A DNA stretch of 64,000 nucleotides from Dimorphilus gyrociliatus (taxonomy: Eukaryota > Animalia > Annelida): assembly GCA_904063045.1 (NCBI GenBank), contig CAJFCJ010000003.1, positions 1,550,001-1,614,000 of the forward strand. The letters run 5' to 3'. This document shows positions 61,925-64,000 of this stretch, piece after piece. The notes under the pieces were generated by a model that did not search any database, was not told the origin of the DNA, and was given only the letters and a program-made list of their open reading frames with translations. Made by a program: the position numbers and the translations under genes. The first letter of the stretch is position 1, and each line of letters starts with the position of its first letter.

Positions 61925-63967
61925 ATGCAGCTATTGGTGTCCTCTATCCTAATATTTCTTTGTACATGTGATCTCTCATCCTCTGCTGATCCAGTTCTTC
62001 AACCTAAAGAAGTTAGCGATGTATTAGGCAATCGTGCCAATGAAGACAGTAATATAACATGGTCTGAATTGCCTAAAGGAAAATCATATAAACAAAACGA
62101 AACAAAGTTTGAAGATAAAGGTCTTCAGCCTTACTTTAATCTTGTAAATTCCTTCTTGAAAACTACTCAGCCGAAAACTCCGCTTCACGGTATACTCTTG
62201 ATTTTTTTCTATTCAATCTAAGTTTAATTAAATTAACGCTAAAATTAACAGAGATACTTGATTATACGGAGGGTAACTCATTGGACATTCAAAATGTCAT
62301 AAAGGAATATGGAGTAGGCATTATTATTTGTGGGAGTCTTGGTATTTTATTTGTAATATTTATGCCCATTATTGGACTATGTTTTTGTTGCTGTCGCTTA
62401 TGTGGAAATTGCGGGGGTAAACGTATTCAAAATAAAGGATCTTATGATAGAGTAAAAGTGATAATATTTTCGGCCTTACTGGTTATATTCACAGCCTTTA
62501 TCGGGTGCGTATAGTAAATAAATCTTTCATAGTTTCTTTTTGAAGATGAGATATAAACAATTACATATTACTCACTTTTCTTATATATATTATTATAACT
62601 ATTGTAGAACTAGTGCAGCTTGTGTGATAGCAACTAGCGAGTATACAACAGATGCCATAAATAGTTTATATAATATTATATCCAATGATTATGATGACTT
62701 GAACACTTTTTTGGAGAATGTAGTTGATGAGACTAATCACGCTACAAAGAGAAGCTTTGATTTTGCTGGCACAGTTATAAATAGGGATTTAGATAGTAAG
62801 CTATTAAAAGAAAACATAATAAATGATTAGACTAACAATTAACAAAATGATATTTTAGATGTTGGCTATCTCATGGGAATTCCTCTACGAAACCATCTTG
62901 GTAGTTCTTCAGGAGCAAATGTTGATAATAGCATTAATAACATAAAAAATCTCGATCCAAGTATATTCTGATCATATTTTCAAAAACTTTTAATTAACTT
63001 ACTTTAAATAATCTAGGAGTCGATGAACTGGAGAAGCAGATGAGTACTATTAAAAATAACACCGATAGCATAAAGCCTGACGGTACGAATTTAGAAGCCA
63101 GTTTATTGGATATGCGAAACAAAATAGCCGCTACTAAAGCTCAGACAGGAGCTTGTTTAACCTCTTGCCAAGCCCTAGACCAAACTCTACTTACTATGGA
63201 AGTTGATTACAACCTAGTAATGATTTTTCTTTTACCTACATTGTCCTTTTACTTCTGTTTAATGAATTGTGCTCGTGTGTATTTTTTAGCTACCCGATAT
63301 AACTACAGATTTGATTGCTATAAGAGCTGTTCAGGCTCAAGACATTGCGAAAAAAGCAGATCAGGTAGTATAATATTGTTAACAGCTTACTATTATATCA
63401 ATAGCATTATGATTATTTAATTAAGTTTGTGAATATATAACGTTTGTCTTACATTTAGGGTAAAACACAATTTGATTTGATACCTTATCGAGTGATAAAT
63501 GAATCGCTACCTACTTTACTCAGTAAATTATATTATTTCATATTGTTTTATTCCCAGACTAAGCAAATTTTCTTTTGGACAGGTGTAAAAAATCAACTAA
63601 GTAATTTTAGTAAAATTTTAACGGATCTGCTTGAAAATATCAATAAACTCCCCCAGGACGTAAGAATCTCATTTGATACTTTTTCCCTAAAAAGAACTCA
63701 AATAAACTCAAATACTTACATTTATTTTTCAATCTAGGCTTCTGAAAATCTAGATGATTCAAAGAAAGACGTTTTGAAATATCTTGATTACGCAAAGGAT
63801 TACAATCCTTATAGAAGATATGTTGGCTTTGGCTTTGGGGGAATAATAGCCTTAATAGGGTGTTTGATTTTGTTCGGACTTTTATGTGGTTTACTTGGGT
63901 ACAATCATAAAACTTCGCCCGTGGATAGAAGCTCTTTAAGTAATCATGGAGGAAATACGCTCATTTC
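61925..63967 (+). CDS. PROM1: Prominin (CD133-family pentaspan glycoprotein), first nine coding exons; continues beyond the window
   Basis: Signal peptide MQLLVSSILIFLCTCDLSS; TM1 followed by the hallmark GLCFCCCRLCGNCGG; TM3 LILFGLLCGLLGY and SNHGG. Exons 61925-62189, 62252-62504, 62608-62795, 62859-62960, 63017-63216, 63290-63364, 63459-63522, 63583-63659, 63738-63967 with consistent phases. Confidence 0.95.
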
Positions 63968-64000
63968 GTAAGAAATATTTTTTTTAGAGACACTGATCAC

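Overview
AT-rich eukaryotic (metazoan) genomic DNA with mostly 50-100 bp introns. It is consistent with a compact-genome lophotrochozoan such as an annelid, which is inference only. Gene models reconstructed by hand from splice sites and phases: the 3' end of a CCDC190-like gene (+); a GT61/DUF563 glycosyltransferase (+); an 8-exon minus-strand gene whose N-terminal domain resembles the fungal eisosome BAR proteins Pil1/Lsp1 and whose C-terminal tail is rich in Tyr motifs; four plus-strand genes that appear nested in its 9.3-kb intron (two tandem orphan class A GPCRs, a fatty-acid-binding protein, an ankyrin-TRPV-like channel); a dispersed C2H2 zinc-finger gene (-); a CNG channel alpha-type subunit (+); a GH35 beta-galactosidase of the GLB1L2/3 type (-); and the 5' part of prominin (+). 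Two long gene-poor stretches (about 14.3-28.7 kb and 31.3-47.4 kb) contain microsatellites, a promoter-like motif cluster and decayed coding-like islands. Most notable: (1) an animal Pil1/Lsp1-like BAR protein with a phosphotyrosine-type tail; (2) FABP and TRPV ORFs only 9 nt apart; (3) three introns that seem to need non-canonical GA/GG 5' splice sites; (4) a CNG selectivity filter changed from TIG[E/D] to TIDA. No rRNA, tRNA or CRISPR features were recognised. All family assignments come from recalled motifs, not database searches.
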